Shown piece after piece: positions 20,752 through 31,742 of a stretch of 64,000 nucleotides of DNA; position 1 is the first letter of the stretch; the number at the start of each line of letters is the position of its first letter. Made by a program: the position numbers and the translations under genes. The notes beneath the pieces are model-generated. The model was not told the DNA's origin. It worked only from the letters and a program-made list of their open reading frames with translations, and made no database searches. Origin of the DNA: a virus (taxonomy: Duplodnaviria > Caudoviricetes); IMG/VR virus record IMGVR_UViG_2706795976_000001, positions 34,137-98,136 of that record; one strand, written 5' to 3'.

Positions 20752-21215
20752 CTGAAGTGAACGTCGAGCTCATCGACAAGGTTCTGGAGGCCGTCGAGAA
20801 GCACCCGGAGCAACACGACCAGGGAAGCTGGGGGTTCAAGGAGGAGGGCTGCGGAACCACCATGTGCGTCGCTGGGTGGGCTGTGGTTCTCAGTGGTCAC
20901 CCACACACGTGGGAGCGTAGTGGGTGTCAGTGCTGCGGAAACTACTACCATCTCACCATCCCCGAGCGTGATCAGTATGGTGTCCAGGAGTGGGAGCGGG
21001 TGGGGGCCGAGCTACTCGGAATTCCTCACATCCACACCGAACTCGACCCGGAAACAGACTCGAGCGAATATCATGAGTGGATCGCGGAAGGCAACGTTGA
21101 CTGGGCGTACCGACTGTTCAACCAGGCCGACGAGGAAGAGGCCAAGCAGATCCTCGTCGGACTCCGGGATGGTACCATTGTTCCATGTCCGATGAACTCG
21201 AGTCCCGAAGAGTAG
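20748..21215 (+). CDS. Hypothetical protein, paralog 3 of 3
   Basis: Same N-terminal motif. Confidence 0.7.
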   Translation: MTEVNVELIDKVLEAVEKHPEQHDQGSWGFKEEGCGTTMCVAGWAVVLSGHPHTWERSGCQCCGNYYHLTIPERDQYGVQEWERVGAELLGIPHIHTELDPETDSSEYHEWIAEGNVDWAYRLFNQADEEEAKQILVGLRDGTIVPCPMNSSPEE

Positions 21216-21457
21216 CAGCCTACGCCAAGCTAGAGCAGGTGGTGCAGGAGCTCAGTGATATCTCAGACGAGGAAGCGGATGGTGAGTTGGAGCCCAACGT
21301 ACCCACCGCCTGGGCCCTGGTGATCGGGTTCGACTACGTGAGCGACGACGGGGGTAGTGGTGGATACACTGGCATCTACCCCCGCGATGGTCAGCAGGCC
21401 GGTTGGAAGACAACCGGGATACTTAGTCAGGCTTTGGCCTACCTCTCGGGGAAGTGA
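21185..21457 (+). CDS. Hypothetical protein
   Basis: Coupled ORF. Confidence 0.5.
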   Translation: MSDELESRRVAAYAKLEQVVQELSDISDEEADGELEPNVPTAWALVIGFDYVSDDGGSGGYTGIYPRDGQQAGWKTTGILSQALAYLSGK

Positions 21458-21694
21458 TGGCCACCGTCACTGAGTACAGGTGTCTCGAGTGTGGTATGAC
21501 ATGGATCTGGCGGAATACCACGGAGGGGCTGAGAGGATACGATCGAGTGAACAAAGCACACGACGACAATGTGCGCCCCACCTACCCATGTCGCGGCAAG
21601 AGGAAGTGGGGATGTACCAAGACCTTCTGGGCGCGAGGCTGGAAGTGCGGGGGCTGTCAGACCAAGTATCACGAATTCTGGGAGGCTCAGCGGG

Positions 21695-22942
21695 ATGGCA
21701 AGGCGTGACAAAGCATCGGGTGGCATCCGGCAACGAGACGGGAAGTGGATCGCCTCAGTAGAGGGCAACCCCGACCCGGTCACCGGCAAGCGAAGACGGA
21801 TACAGCGGTCGGCACCAACCAAGTCGGCAGCGCAGATCGAACTACAAAAGCTGTTCACGATGGTCCGCACCAGACAGGACCGAATCGTAGCAGGCAATAT
21901 GAAACTCGGTGACTGGCTTGACCAGTGGCTCGAGGATCGCGAACACCGGATGAGGCCGAGCTCCATCCGGCGTTACCGCGTTGACGTGGAGCACATCCAG
22001 AACGTGATCGGCAACATCCGACTGGATAAGCTGACCAAGAACCACGTCAAGAGGATGTCTCAGGAGCTGCAGGCCACACAGTCGGCGGGGGTGGCGCGCT
22101 CCTGTCATGAGCTGCTCCACAATGCACTGGCTGACGCTATTCGGGTGGATCTCCTGCAGGACAACGTGGCTGGGGAGAAGGGGCCGAACAAGGCTGTAGC
22201 CAAGAAGAAGAAGCGAGACCGGCTCTCCGCACAGCAGGCTGCGTGGCTGATCACCTATCATCGGTCGAATCCGTATGTGTCCCGATGGATCGTCGCGCTC
22301 ATGACTGGCATGAGGCAGGGCGAGGTGCTCGGACTACGGTGGTCTGACATCGATTTCGACACCGGCATCATCCACGTGCGTAAGCAGCTCATCCGAGTAC
22401 CAACCGAGCATGGTTGCGAGACCCCATGCGGGCGTACGAGGTCCGGGGATTGTCCTGATGTGAAGTACATACTAGGGCCCGACAAGGATGAGTACGAACA
22501 CCTCGAGGGCACAGCATTCCTGGGGCCAGTGAAGTCTGACGGATCTTTCCGAACCTTCCCGATCCCGAGGTTTCTACTTCAGGTCCTGCTCGAGTACAGA
22601 GAGCAAACGGAGTGGGGCCGCAATCCGCACAACCTGGTGTGGCGGTACCTGTCTGTCGGTGATCCGATCGCGGCATCCATGGACTACAAGTGGTGGAAGC
22701 AGGCCCTAGCCGAGGCGGGGCTTCCGGAGGTGACACTACACTCCGCACGCCAAACGGCCGCAAGCGTTCTCGTATCCATGGGACTCGAGATCAGTCAGGT
22801 GCAGCGAATCCTTGGACACAGCAACATCTCCATGACCGAGGTCTACTCAGACGTGGACATCGAAGCCATCCGCGAGAGCATGAACCGGTTCGGCGTCACG
22901 CTGGAGGCGGGTGTGGAGGATCCTCCTCAGCTTGAGCAATAG
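21695..22942 (+). CDS. int: Tyrosine integrase
   Basis: Arm-binding N-terminus ([11 protein letters not shown]); catalytic R (GMRQGE), K, HSAR, LGHS, Y; start set at ATG 21695. Confidence 0.93.
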   Translation: MARRDKASGGIRQRDGKWIASVEGNPDPVTGKRRRIQRSAPTKSAAQIELQKLFTMVRTRQDRIVAGNMKLGDWLDQWLEDREHRMRPSSIRRYRVDVEHIQNVIGNIRLDKLTKNHVKRMSQELQATQSAGVARSCHELLHNALADAIRVDLLQDNVAGEKGPNKAVAKKKKRDRLSAQQAAWLITYHRSNPYVSRWIVALMTGMRQGEVLGLRWSDIDFDTGIIHVRKQLIRVPTEHGCETPCGRTRSGDCPDVKYILGPDKDEYEHLEGTAFLGPVKSDGSFRTFPIPRFLLQVLLEYREQTEWGRNPHNLVWRYLSVGDPIAASMDYKWWKQALAEAGLPEVTLHSARQTAASVLVSMGLEISQVQRILGHSNISMTEVYSDVDIEAIRESMNRFGVTLEAGVEDPPQLEQ

Positions 22943-23231
22943 CGGGCCACTCGCCGAAGTAGTCCGCCCAGATCTCCTCCCACTCATTGACGGTGGTCTT
23001 TATCTGAACCCAGGCATCACCCATCTTCTTCTGCATCTTCACCTGCTCCGCCCGGGAGAGATACAGCACGGGCCCCTCCGCCCACGCACCGGGGCAATCC
23101 CCCTGCTTGGGCAGTCCGTGCCAGGCGTTCCTACATCCACGTGGGCACCACTCAGCCTGAGTCCGGCCTTCGCCGCCGCGCATCAACTCATCGATCGTGG
23201 CATCCAGCTCAGCGAAATCGGTAATTGTCAC
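22896..23231 (-). CDS. Hypothetical protein, lone leftward gene converging on int
   Basis: GAGGGG RBS; CxxxC..WHGLP motif; fills a gap on the + strand. Confidence 0.55.
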   Translation of the reverse strand: MTITDFAELDATIDELMRGGEGRTQAEWCPRGCRNAWHGLPKQGDCPGAWAEGPVLYLSRAEQVKMQKKMGDAWVQIKTTVNEWEEIWADYFGEWPAIAQAEEDPPHPPPA

Positions 23232-23278
23232 ACCCCCTCGATAGACTTACAACAACACATACAGAGAGGCTACACCCA

Positions 23279-23545
23279 ATGAGCAAGCAAGCCAAGTCCG
23301 CTAAGCCACCGAAGATTCGAGTGGGTGATCAGGTTCTGATCGGCCGATACGGATTCTACTGGACCGTCACCGGATTCACTCTGGGGATGAACCCTCGAGT
23401 CACCATCACCCGACCCGCGCGCTTCGATCAGGCGCACATCGGCAACGTCTACCCGAGCACGTGGGGTGATGAGGACTTCCGGCGCAAGGGGTACGGCAGC
23501 GTCACCACCAAGGTTGCGAAGTCTCTTGTGCAGGTGCAGGCATGA
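23279..23545 (+). CDS. Hypothetical protein
   Basis: RBS; ATGA-coupled to the RecE-like gene. Confidence 0.55.
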   Translation: MSKQAKSAKPPKIRVGDQVLIGRYGFYWTVTGFTLGMNPRVTITRPARFDQAHIGNVYPSTWGDEDFRRKGYGSVTTKVAKSLVQVQA

Positions 23546-24561
23546 CCGACATCAATGACCTCCTCGTCCCCGGGTATGAGATCAACGGCCGTGCAGTGGT
23601 GCTGGGTAAGTACAAGGCCGGTTCGGCGGAGTGGCATGCTGCACGCGCGAACCGACTCGGCGGGTCTGAGGCTGCGGTGGCTTGCGGTCTCTCACCGTGG
23701 GAGTCACGCTTCTCCCTGTTCTACCGCAAGAAGGGTAAGCTCGACGACATCGAGATCACCCCGGCCATCGAGTGGGGCAACCGACTTGAGTCAGTGGTCT
23801 ACGACAAGTACTCCGAGAGCCTGGGCCCGGGCGAGGTCATCACCACCGGCCACACCTACCGATCGCTGGTCCCCGGCTACGGCTGGGTGAACGCGAACCC
23901 TGATGGCGTGGTGTGGAAACGAGACGAGTTCGGTGAGTGGCAGCCGATCCGCATCCTCGAGATCAAGACCAGCGCCCGAGGTGAGGGGTTCGGCACACAG
24001 GAGTCCGGCGTCATCCCTATCTACTACCGGATCCAGGTTCTGTACTACGCCTGGTGTTTCGGCATCGGCAACATCGAGCTCGCTGCACTGATCAGTGGTG
24101 TCGACTACCGGGTGTATAAGGTGGACTACGACTCCGCCGACGTGGACTACATCCTAAAGCAGTGCCAGGACTTCATCCACAAGCTCGAGAACGACATCAA
24201 GCCGGACCTGAGCACCGACACCGCAACGTACGAGGCGGTGCGCCAGCTGAACCCGGAGCTCGATCCCGACATGTCGTGGGAGCTCGAGGAGGACCTGGCG
24301 GTGAAGTACCTCGCGATCGAGGAAGCCTACCGGAGGCTCAAGGTGCTGCGCGATGGAGTGCACGCTCAGGTCATCGACGAGGTGGCTCCTGCGCGGCTGG
24401 TGAAGTTCAACGATCGCATCATCGCTCGTCGACAGATGCCCGGCCGAGGAGACAACCCATACCTGCGCTACGTGGCCCCGGCTCCCGACTACGGAACCAG
24501 CGTCATCGCCTACGCCAGAGCACACGGCCTCCTGGTTGACTACGACACCTCAGACGTATAG
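23542..24561 (+). CDS. YqaJ/RecE-like exonuclease
   Basis: EWHAAR...LGGSEAA...WGNRLE...ANPDG...LEIKT...Y..QV..Y. Confidence 0.9.
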   Translation: MTDINDLLVPGYEINGRAVVLGKYKAGSAEWHAARANRLGGSEAAVACGLSPWESRFSLFYRKKGKLDDIEITPAIEWGNRLESVVYDKYSESLGPGEVITTGHTYRSLVPGYGWVNANPDGVVWKRDEFGEWQPIRILEIKTSARGEGFGTQESGVIPIYYRIQVLYYAWCFGIGNIELAALISGVDYRVYKVDYDSADVDYILKQCQDFIHKLENDIKPDLSTDTATYEAVRQLNPELDPDMSWELEEDLAVKYLAIEEAYRRLKVLRDGVHAQVIDEVAPARLVKFNDRIIARRQMPGRGDNPYLRYVAPAPDYGTSVIAYARAHGLLVDYDTSDV

Positions 24562-24601
24562 CCTGATACGTGTACGCATCAAAACCAACCAAAGGAGCGC
24601 T

Positions 24602-25111
24602 ATGAGAGACATCCAAGACGCGCCAATGATCCTCGAGGTCGGCGATCACATCAACCCCGTCGAAAAAGGCTTGGGCTGCATCATGGAGATGGTGTCGTGG
24701 CTCAACGGTGACGAGGTGGTCACCGACAAACCCAACTGTGTCGAGGAACAGGTCGCAATGTTCATGTGGAACATCAACGACAAGGGGCTCCTCAAGTACG
24801 GCATCCCGGCGCGGGGTGGCGACGGAAGTCCTCGATCCTATCGCGCGGCCGATGCACACCAAGTCGCGGAGCTCACCCGCCTGGGTCTGAAGGTGATGGG
24901 CAAATCCGGTCCGTACACAGTATCCGATGGGATCAAACTCTATCACCACATCTCGGCCACGGCACGGACGATCGTCAAAACCAGCAAGACCTTCGACGAG
25001 ATGATTGCGCTGGCCGACAGGTACCTCGACAACATTCTGATCGACTACAGCCCGCACGGAGAAGAGGTCCGAGAGCCGCGCAGCGGTCAACTAGAAGGGG
25101 AGAAGGTATGA
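24602..25111 (+). CDS. Hypothetical protein
   Basis: G.H....GCIMEMVSWL.G....D.P.CV motif, common in actinophages. Confidence 0.6.
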   Translation: MRDIQDAPMILEVGDHINPVEKGLGCIMEMVSWLNGDEVVTDKPNCVEEQVAMFMWNINDKGLLKYGIPARGGDGSPRSYRAADAHQVAELTRLGLKVMGKSGPYTVSDGIKLYHHISATARTIVKTSKTFDEMIALADRYLDNILIDYSPHGEEVREPRSGQLEGEKV

Positions 25112-27007
25112 CCAGCAACAAGAACGAAGCCTCAGAACTGATCGGGCCCGCACTCAGCTTCATCGCAGGGATGGCGACCGGCGTGCTCGAGGATCTGCTC
25201 ACGACGAAGGCCGAGACCCCTGACGAGACCCCCAGGGAGACGTCTGATGATGTGCGGCGGCTCGAGGGCCAGATCGCGGAGCTGAAGACGATCAACGAAA
25301 GGCAGTACCAGTCGATTGGGACACTGTCTAAGATCGTCGGACTGGATCCGGATTCCACCCTCGAGGATCTCGAAAACATAGTTCGAGCAATCGTTCGAAA
25401 CGCCACCCGACCATCGGCACCCGGTTCGGTAGACCCAGAGATCCTCGCGCAGATGATCTTCGACGAGGTGACCCCGGACTACATCTCCTGGCAGCGCATC
25501 TCCGCCGAGGGACAGGACCTCTACCGTGAGGCCGCGCGCAAGGTCCAGAACTACATCCGGGCGGAGCGCTGATGAGCCACCCGGACAAGTATGGCATCAC
25601 GGCCGAGGAGTACGAAGCGGCGGCCGAGATGCTGGTGAAGATCGCCATGGGCAGACACCCTCATGACACCTCCCCAGCGGCCATTGGGTGGAATCCAATG
25701 GAGCTGCAGTCGTATGGCCGGGCAGCCAAATCCCGAAGCGCAGCCGCCGACAAGCTGATCGACGCCGTGACCGCCTCCCTCGCCATGTCCGAGTCGCAAG
25801 AACCGTGCGAGCTTTATCGCCGCCACGCCTTGTCCCTATACGAGGCGGGGCTGCTGAAGGATCCCGAGAAATGACGTTCAGTCAGCTCGAATACGTACGC
25901 CTGCAGGACAATCTGGAAGACGACAAGAGGATAGCCCGGCGATTCCGGGTGGCATTCATCGCGCTCGTCCTCTTGTCGGTTGGTTTGTGGTTCCTGACGG
26001 GGTACGGAATCTACACCAACGTGAATGACCTCATCCGACAGGAAGACTCCGAAGGGATGACTACCACGGGCGCTCTGTTCGGCTTCATGGCCACCTTCGG
26101 AGCCGCAGGCGTGTGGACCGAACTGAACAAGAGGAACGAGCAAGTGCGGCGGCGCAACCGGAGAATCCGAGACTACCTGATCGAGAACCCACGTCCGGAC
26201 AAGGAGAAGGAATACCTGTGAAAGAGATCTGGCCTCCGGACGGGATGGATCCTGCGTGCTGGGACATCCTCATCGGTGCACAGTGGCGATGGAAGAAGCT
26301 GGATGATCCAGACCAGTTCGAGTTGATCGTGCACGAAGACGGCAGCGGAGTTTCATTCAACTCGGGCACTGGGTGGACCAGTCAGCACACAGGAGTCCTC
26401 AGCTATGAACAGCTGAAGTGGCTGTCGGACAAGTGGTTCGACATCTTCTATGCCATAGAGAAGTATCGAGCCAGGGAGGGCAAGTGACCCAGAAGCCAGA
26501 CCTCGATCGCGACATCGAGGAGATCAAGAAGGACCTCGTCGAGCTGTACGGTAAGTACCGATTCATCGTCGAGGTGGGTGCGGAAGAGGGTGCCTACTGC
26601 GAGGGGTGGGCGGATGGTTGGAACGGTGCATACCACCGCATCATCAAGTTCATCAAAGATCGGGGCGCGCCGTCGTTGATGGCCGTGCTCGAGGACATTG
26701 AGCGGCGGGAAGCCGCGCTCGAATGACCGCAACAGACCTCGAGACAGTCTCCGTTACCGAGCTCGAGGAGATGGTCAACAACCAACTCCAATGCGAGGTC
26801 CGGCACTACATAGGAGACTATGGATACACGCAGTGCGAGCAACCGGCCGCGTGGTCTGTCACCAAGAGCTGCTGCAGGAAACGGGTCTACCTATGCAACA
26901 ACGACTATCAGTACGTGAGCTACAGCGATGGCTCATTTGACTGCCTGCGTTGTGATATTTCGCACGATCCAGCTCGACGAATCATCGCCTCATCCAGAAA
27001 GATATAG
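25108..27007 (+). other. Six coupled hypothetical genes (25108-25572, 25572-25874, 25871-26221 with 2 TM, 26218-26487, 26484-26726, 26723-27007)
   Basis: Stop/start overlaps between the RecE-like and RecT-like genes. Confidence 0.55.
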
Positions 27008-27010
27008 GAC

Positions 27011-27703
27011 ATGTCAGAAATCCAGCAGCAGGCCGAAGCTCAAACCCAGGCGCACCCCACCGCAGTGCTCGACGACTACCGTGGCGCTATCGCATCGGTG
27101 GCACCTCCGGGGACGAACATCGACCTGTTCATCCGTATGACCAAGTCCAACGTCAACCGCAGCGACGAGATTGTGGCAGCGGTGAAGCGAAACCCTGGGC
27201 TGTTCATGCAGGCCGTGATGGACTCCGCCGCACTGGGTCACATCCCCGGTAGCGAGTACTACTACCTCACCCCACGTCGAGACGGCATCAGTGGCATCGA
27301 GTCGTGGAAGGGTGTGGCCAAGCGCATCTTCAACACCGGCCGGTACCAGCGCATTGTCTGTGAGGTCGTGTACGAGGGTGAGCAGTGGGAGTTCCAGCCC
27401 GGTGAGGACCTCAAGCCCAAGCATGTGATCGACTGGGACGCACGTCAAGTCGGCAGCAAGGTGCGATTCACCTACGCCTACGCCGTGGACTTCGAAGGCA
27501 ACCCATCCACCGTGGCAGTGTGCACCAAGCTCGACCTGGACAAGGCGCAGAAGCAGTCCCGTGGCAAGGTCTGGGATCAATGGTACGAGCAGATGGCGAA
27601 GAAGACTGCCATCAAGCGGCTCGAGGACTTCGTGGACACCAGCGCAGTGGACTTGCGCGCGGATGGGTCCAGCCGACGTCACTCCGCTGAGGTCGCTGAG
27701 TAA
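27011..27703 (+). CDS. recT: RecT-like ssDNA annealing protein
   Basis: AALG..P...YYL.P, VVYEGE, W..WYEQMAKKTAIKRL. Confidence 0.88.
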   Translation: MSEIQQQAEAQTQAHPTAVLDDYRGAIASVAPPGTNIDLFIRMTKSNVNRSDEIVAAVKRNPGLFMQAVMDSAALGHIPGSEYYYLTPRRDGISGIESWKGVAKRIFNTGRYQRIVCEVVYEGEQWEFQPGEDLKPKHVIDWDARQVGSKVRFTYAYAVDFEGNPSTVAVCTKLDLDKAQKQSRGKVWDQWYEQMAKKTAIKRLEDFVDTSAVDLRADGSSRRHSAEVAE

Positions 27704-28221
27704 CCATGGCCACCTTCTTGCGGTGGCCGTCGAACGTCCCCTACCTGTGGAATGACGGCCCCCGACAAGGCATCCCATTCGAGTGGCTCGTAGGATTCGA
27801 GACCATCTCCGAGCTCTCGGTCGGTCAGGTCATCGAATGCCGGGAGCGTTTGGCAAAGGTCAAGGGAACGATTACCATCAGTCTAGTTGACTACACCGGG
27901 GGCGTGTTCTCCGGTGACGTGAGATGGGAGTTCAAGACGTGACCACCGCTGCAGACATCGAATGGGATGCGGTGAGGCTGTTCAACAGCATCCCGCGCGA
28001 GAAGAAGTACCACCCCGTGTGGAGCAAGGCCCCCGAGGAGTACCGCGCCAGCTTCCGTGAGCTGGTTGAGGATGCTGATGTGCTCAATGAGCATTACAGG
28101 CTACCCCAAGGCGACATGTCGGGGTCTGCATACCCAAACGGATTTTGCAAATGCGGCAGCCCGCTAGAGAAATGCAAGATACGAAAGTTCCTACTAACGC
28201 CCCCAAAAGGAGTGCGTCCCA

Positions 28222-28425
28222 GTGAATAACACAGACGAGATCGCCGTCAGCATCAAGCGCGCGGCCGAGCTCCTAGGCGTCAGCCAGTCCCACATCCGGG
28301 ACGAGATCCGAGCGGGCAGGATCGTGGCACGACGCATCGGCACCAAGATGATTCGCATCAAGGTGTCCGAACTCGAGCAGTATATCGACGCCCGCCCCCT
28401 AGTAGGAGATGAGGAGGACCTATGA
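28222..28425 (+). CDS. Excisionase-like HTH DNA-binding protein
   Basis: SIKRAAELLGVSQSHIRDEIRAGRIVARRIG...IRI. Confidence 0.8.
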   Translation: MNNTDEIAVSIKRAAELLGVSQSHIRDEIRAGRIVARRIGTKMIRIKVSELEQYIDARPLVGDEEDL

Positions 28426-29168
28426 GCGTGAAGTTTGTATTGCCCAGCGTGGAAGTGGCTGGCATAACCCACCCCTCCGATCATGTCTTGGATGCACTGG
28501 ATTGGTTCCGGGATGAGAACAGCGGGGATTGGGATGACTTGGAGCAGGCACTGCCAGAGTACGGCGGGCGGATGTGCTACCAGTCGTGGGACCGGCCTAA
28601 CCCGGCCACCGCTACCAATAGCGGGTACCTGCACAACATTCAGAAGCAGAGTCACTACAGCGTCCTCGAGCACACCTCAGTCAGCTTCGCGATCGAAGGC
28701 GTGTCCCGCACACTGAGTCATGAGTTCGTGCGGCACAGGCACTTCAGCTACTCACAGCTGTCACAGCGCTACGTGGACTCGAGTGATGTGGCATTCGTGC
28801 TACCCCCGGCGTTCGAGGGTGATGAGCTCGCCGAGAGGATGTTTGAGATAGATGCCGAACACTCGCTGCGGGCCTACGAGTTCTACCAGAATCACCAGAT
28901 GGCCAAGGGTTTGACCAAGAAGCAGGCCCGAGAGAGTGCGCGCGCTGCACTGCTCAACGCGGCCGAGACCAAGTTTCTAGTGAGTGGAAACCTGCGGGCG
29001 TGGATGGAATTCCTTGTCAAGCGCGACAATCCGGCGGCGGATGCTGAGATCCAAAGGCTGGCAAGGATGATCTCGGATGAGCTGGCCTACATCGCACCGG
29101 CAGTGTTCAGTGAGGAGTCCCGAAAGACTTGGGACACATCGTATGCGCAGAGGGTGGCCCGGCAGTGA
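28422..29168 (+). CDS. thyX: FAD-dependent thymidylate synthase
   Basis: GRMCYQS, HYSVLEH, SRTLSHEFVRHRHFSYSQLSQRY, ARESAR, NLRAW, AEI. Confidence 0.96.
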   Translation: MSVKFVLPSVEVAGITHPSDHVLDALDWFRDENSGDWDDLEQALPEYGGRMCYQSWDRPNPATATNSGYLHNIQKQSHYSVLEHTSVSFAIEGVSRTLSHEFVRHRHFSYSQLSQRYVDSSDVAFVLPPAFEGDELAERMFEIDAEHSLRAYEFYQNHQMAKGLTKKQARESARAALLNAAETKFLVSGNLRAWMEFLVKRDNPAADAEIQRLARMISDELAYIAPAVFSEESRKTWDTSYAQRVARQ

Positions 29169-29398
29169 TCACTGTACCCATCTACGTCAACTCGAGAACC
29201 ATTGGGCAGCTGTACATCACTCGGATCACCAACGTCGATGAGGTTGGTGACGATGACCAGGTAAGCACCTACCAGGTTGAGCTGTGGACCGCCGAGGAGA
29301 AGGCTACCTTCAACCTCGACCACCGATACGGCGACGGCGCTTGGCTATTGATCTCCAAGGCGCTGGCAGAGTACCATAAGATCCGTGGAGAATCATAA
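29165..29398 (+). CDS. Hypothetical protein
   Basis: 'HRYGDGAWLL..KAL' motif; coupled start. Confidence 0.55.
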   Translation: MITVPIYVNSRTIGQLYITRITNVDEVGDDDQVSTYQVELWTAEEKATFNLDHRYGDGAWLLISKALAEYHKIRGES

Positions 29399-29557
29399 CC
29401 GAAGCTGCGCCTGGGCCACCCTATTCGAGGTGTGCGACGAGGTCCCCACCCACGAGATCGACTTCAAGTGGTGGGGGCCTCGTTTGTATTGTCAGGCGCA
29501 CTGTGATGAGATGCTGGGAGATGGGAAGAGTAAGACCGTGAAGAGAGTGAGAGAGCT

Positions 29558-30478
29558 ATGAGTGGACGACAGCAGACGGCGCACGAGGCGGTACGTCAGG
29601 GCCGGTGGAGGACGCTGCGCGAGGACAGTGGGTGGGAGACTTACGCAGAGGCCGACTCGGCGATGAACCTCAATCCCGGAGCCTGGGAGATCCTGGAGAA
29701 CCAGACCGGTTGGAAGGTGCCACTCAACCAGCTGCAGGCTGCACGAGACATCGAGAAGGCTCTGAACCTAGTGCCCGACTGGTTGCAGGGGTACAGCCAG
29801 TTCAGCAAGGTGGTGAAGCCTGGATCTACCCGACGCGGCCGCGCGTCAGGACGAACGTATGTCGATGCCTGGCCTGCGCAAGTCCACCTCGACCTAGCTG
29901 TCCATGAGTACGGATACGCCATGAGTGAAGACGACCACGGCTGCGGGTACATCGGCGAGTTCCTGAACATCGGATCAGATGAGTGCCTAAGCCGGTTGAT
30001 CAACGCGAAAAAGGGTGAGGTGCTAATCGATTCCGAGTTCTCGAAGGGACTCCTCGAGATACCACTGAACCCTAAGTGGCGAGCACCGAGTGCCATTGGG
30101 GCACAACGACGTCTGCGTGGCCTGCTCGCGTGGGGGTACTCACCCTCGGTGCTGCGGAATAGGCTATCTATGCAAAAGGTGGTGTTCGACCGAACCGTAT
30201 TCGGAAGTGGAACAGTGCCACTGAATATCAAGATGGGCTCCAGGGTGTCGAGGCTGTTCATTGAACTCGAGCTCGAGCCGGGCACCTCCCGGGTCGGCAG
30301 GGGGCTTGCGGACAAGTACGGCTGGGAGCTCCCCTTCCAGTGGGACGAGGAAGCCATCGACCGTCGGGCAGCCAAGCCGGGGTACGCGCGTACCGAGGAA
30401 GATGAGCCGAGGGAGTATACACCAGCCGAGCGACAGGCCATCATTGGGTACGAGCTGTCACGTCACTGGGGGTACTGA
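29558..30478 (+). CDS. Hypothetical, possibly DNA-binding protein
   Basis: C-terminal 'G..RRL..L...G.....L...GW..P..WD' actinophage motif. Confidence 0.6.
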   Translation: MSGRQQTAHEAVRQGRWRTLREDSGWETYAEADSAMNLNPGAWEILENQTGWKVPLNQLQAARDIEKALNLVPDWLQGYSQFSKVVKPGSTRRGRASGRTYVDAWPAQVHLDLAVHEYGYAMSEDDHGCGYIGEFLNIGSDECLSRLINAKKGEVLIDSEFSKGLLEIPLNPKWRAPSAIGAQRRLRGLLAWGYSPSVLRNRLSMQKVVFDRTVFGSGTVPLNIKMGSRVSRLFIELELEPGTSRVGRGLADKYGWELPFQWDEEAIDRRAAKPGYARTEEDEPREYTPAERQAIIGYELSRHWGY

Positions 30479-30531
30479 TCGGGACGTGTAACACGGGTAC
30501 ACACTGGAGGTGTCACGAATGTTGGTGTAGG

Positions 30532-30924
30532 GTGATAGTCATGAGTGAACACAATCAGGATTGGCTGCCCCGCTTCCATTCGGGGTACAGGATCGAGCCC
30601 TCCGGGTGTCACGTGTGGCAGAAAGCCACCAACAACCGAGGGTATGGTGTGATGTACCTGAACGGAAAGCTCCAGCTAGCCCACCGGGTGGCCTTCTTTT
30701 CCAGACATGGCCGGTGGCCCCAGCGGGGCCTGGTGATAGATCACCTGTGCGAGAACAAGCCTTGCGTCAATCCGGACCATCTTCGTGAGATCGAGAACTG
30801 GAGGAACGTCCGGAGGCCGCGAGAGGTCGGATCGACAGACCAGGAGCGTCGGCGGGAGCAGTGGAGAATACGTCAGGCTAGATGTCGCGGCAGCTACTCT
30901 AGCACATACGAAGCGAAGAGGTGA
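30532..30924 (+). CDS. HNH endonuclease
   Basis: GCHVWQ...GYG...AHRVA...DHLCENKPCVNPDHL. Confidence 0.87.
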   Translation: MIVMSEHNQDWLPRFHSGYRIEPSGCHVWQKATNNRGYGVMYLNGKLQLAHRVAFFSRHGRWPQRGLVIDHLCENKPCVNPDHLREIENWRNVRRPREVGSTDQERRREQWRIRQARCRGSYSSTYEAKR

Positions 30925-31742
30925 TTCAGATTACTTGGTTCAAGATCGACGATGGGTTCTGGTCCAACGAGAAGGTCCTAGGCTTGTCTGCCGAGGCCGG
31001 ATGGCTCTGGGTTCGGTGCGGCTCGTACTCGTGTCAGCACCTCACGGATGGATACATATCCAGCCTTGCGTTGAACCTGATTTGCACATGTTCAGATCCT
31101 GTTCAACTTGCGGATGAACTTGTGCAAGCCGGGCTGTGGATACGTGTTCAAAATGGGTACGAGTTCCATGACTGGAGTGAGTATCAGGAGAGTCGTGCTG
31201 AGGTGCTCGAGCGCCGTGAGCAAGGAAGACTCCGTCAGAAGAAGCGTCGAGAACGCCAGGCAGAGGGCTCCAAACCGTCACGCGTTACCGACGCCGTGAG
31301 TTCGACCCCCCCGACCCGACCCGACCCGACCCGACCCGACCCGACCAAGTTAGACTCTAAAGAGTCTAACGGTAAACACTCTCGGTCAGCTGCGCTGACC
31401 ACCCGACAGCCCAAGGCCTACGATCCGAGATTTGAGTCGTGGTGGCAGGTGTACCCTCGGCGAGTTGGCAAGGCTGCGGCCGAGAAGTCATGGCTCAAAG
31501 CGGTCAAGGACGGCGTCGACCCGGCGCTGCTGGAGAAACGGGCTGCTGCCTACGCCGACCACGTCAAGCGCCAGCGCACGGAGGTCAAGTTCATCGCTCA
31601 CCCCAGGACCTGGCTCAGCCAGGGCAGGTGGGACGACGAGTACGACACGACTCAGCCGGAGGGGTCCAACATGGGCCAGGCCGTCAGCCGCCTAGCCGCC
31701 TACGCCCAGAACCACGCCAAGCAGATCGGAGGCCGACCGTGA
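30921..31742 (+). CDS. RepA-like replication initiator
   Basis: WFKIDDGF...LTDG...LV.AGLW...HDW.EYQ; C-terminal FE.WW..YPRRVGK..A...HP.TWL...RW.D. Confidence 0.8.
   Translation: MIQITWFKIDDGFWSNEKVLGLSAEAGWLWVRCGSYSCQHLTDGYISSLALNLICTCSDPVQLADELVQAGLWIRVQNGYEFHDWSEYQESRAEVLERREQGRLRQKKRRERQAEGSKPSRVTDAVSSTPPTRPDPTRPDPTKLDSKESNGKHSRSAALTTRQPKAYDPRFESWWQVYPRRVGKAAAEKSWLKAVKDGVDPALLEKRAAAYADHVKRQRTEVKFIAHPRTWLSQGRWDDEYDTTQPEGSNMGQAVSRLAAYAQNHAKQIGGRP
31311..31370. repeat. (CCGAC)7 tandem repeat plus perfect 10-bp inverted repeat inside repA
   Basis: CCGAC x7 at 31311-31345; GTTAGACTCT-AA-AGAGTCTAAC at 31349-31370. Confidence 0.85.

Noticed and set aside
29448-29494. Terminator-like hairpin after the thyX region
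   Set aside because: Lies inside a plausible small coupled ORF (29385-29561) and has a weak T tail
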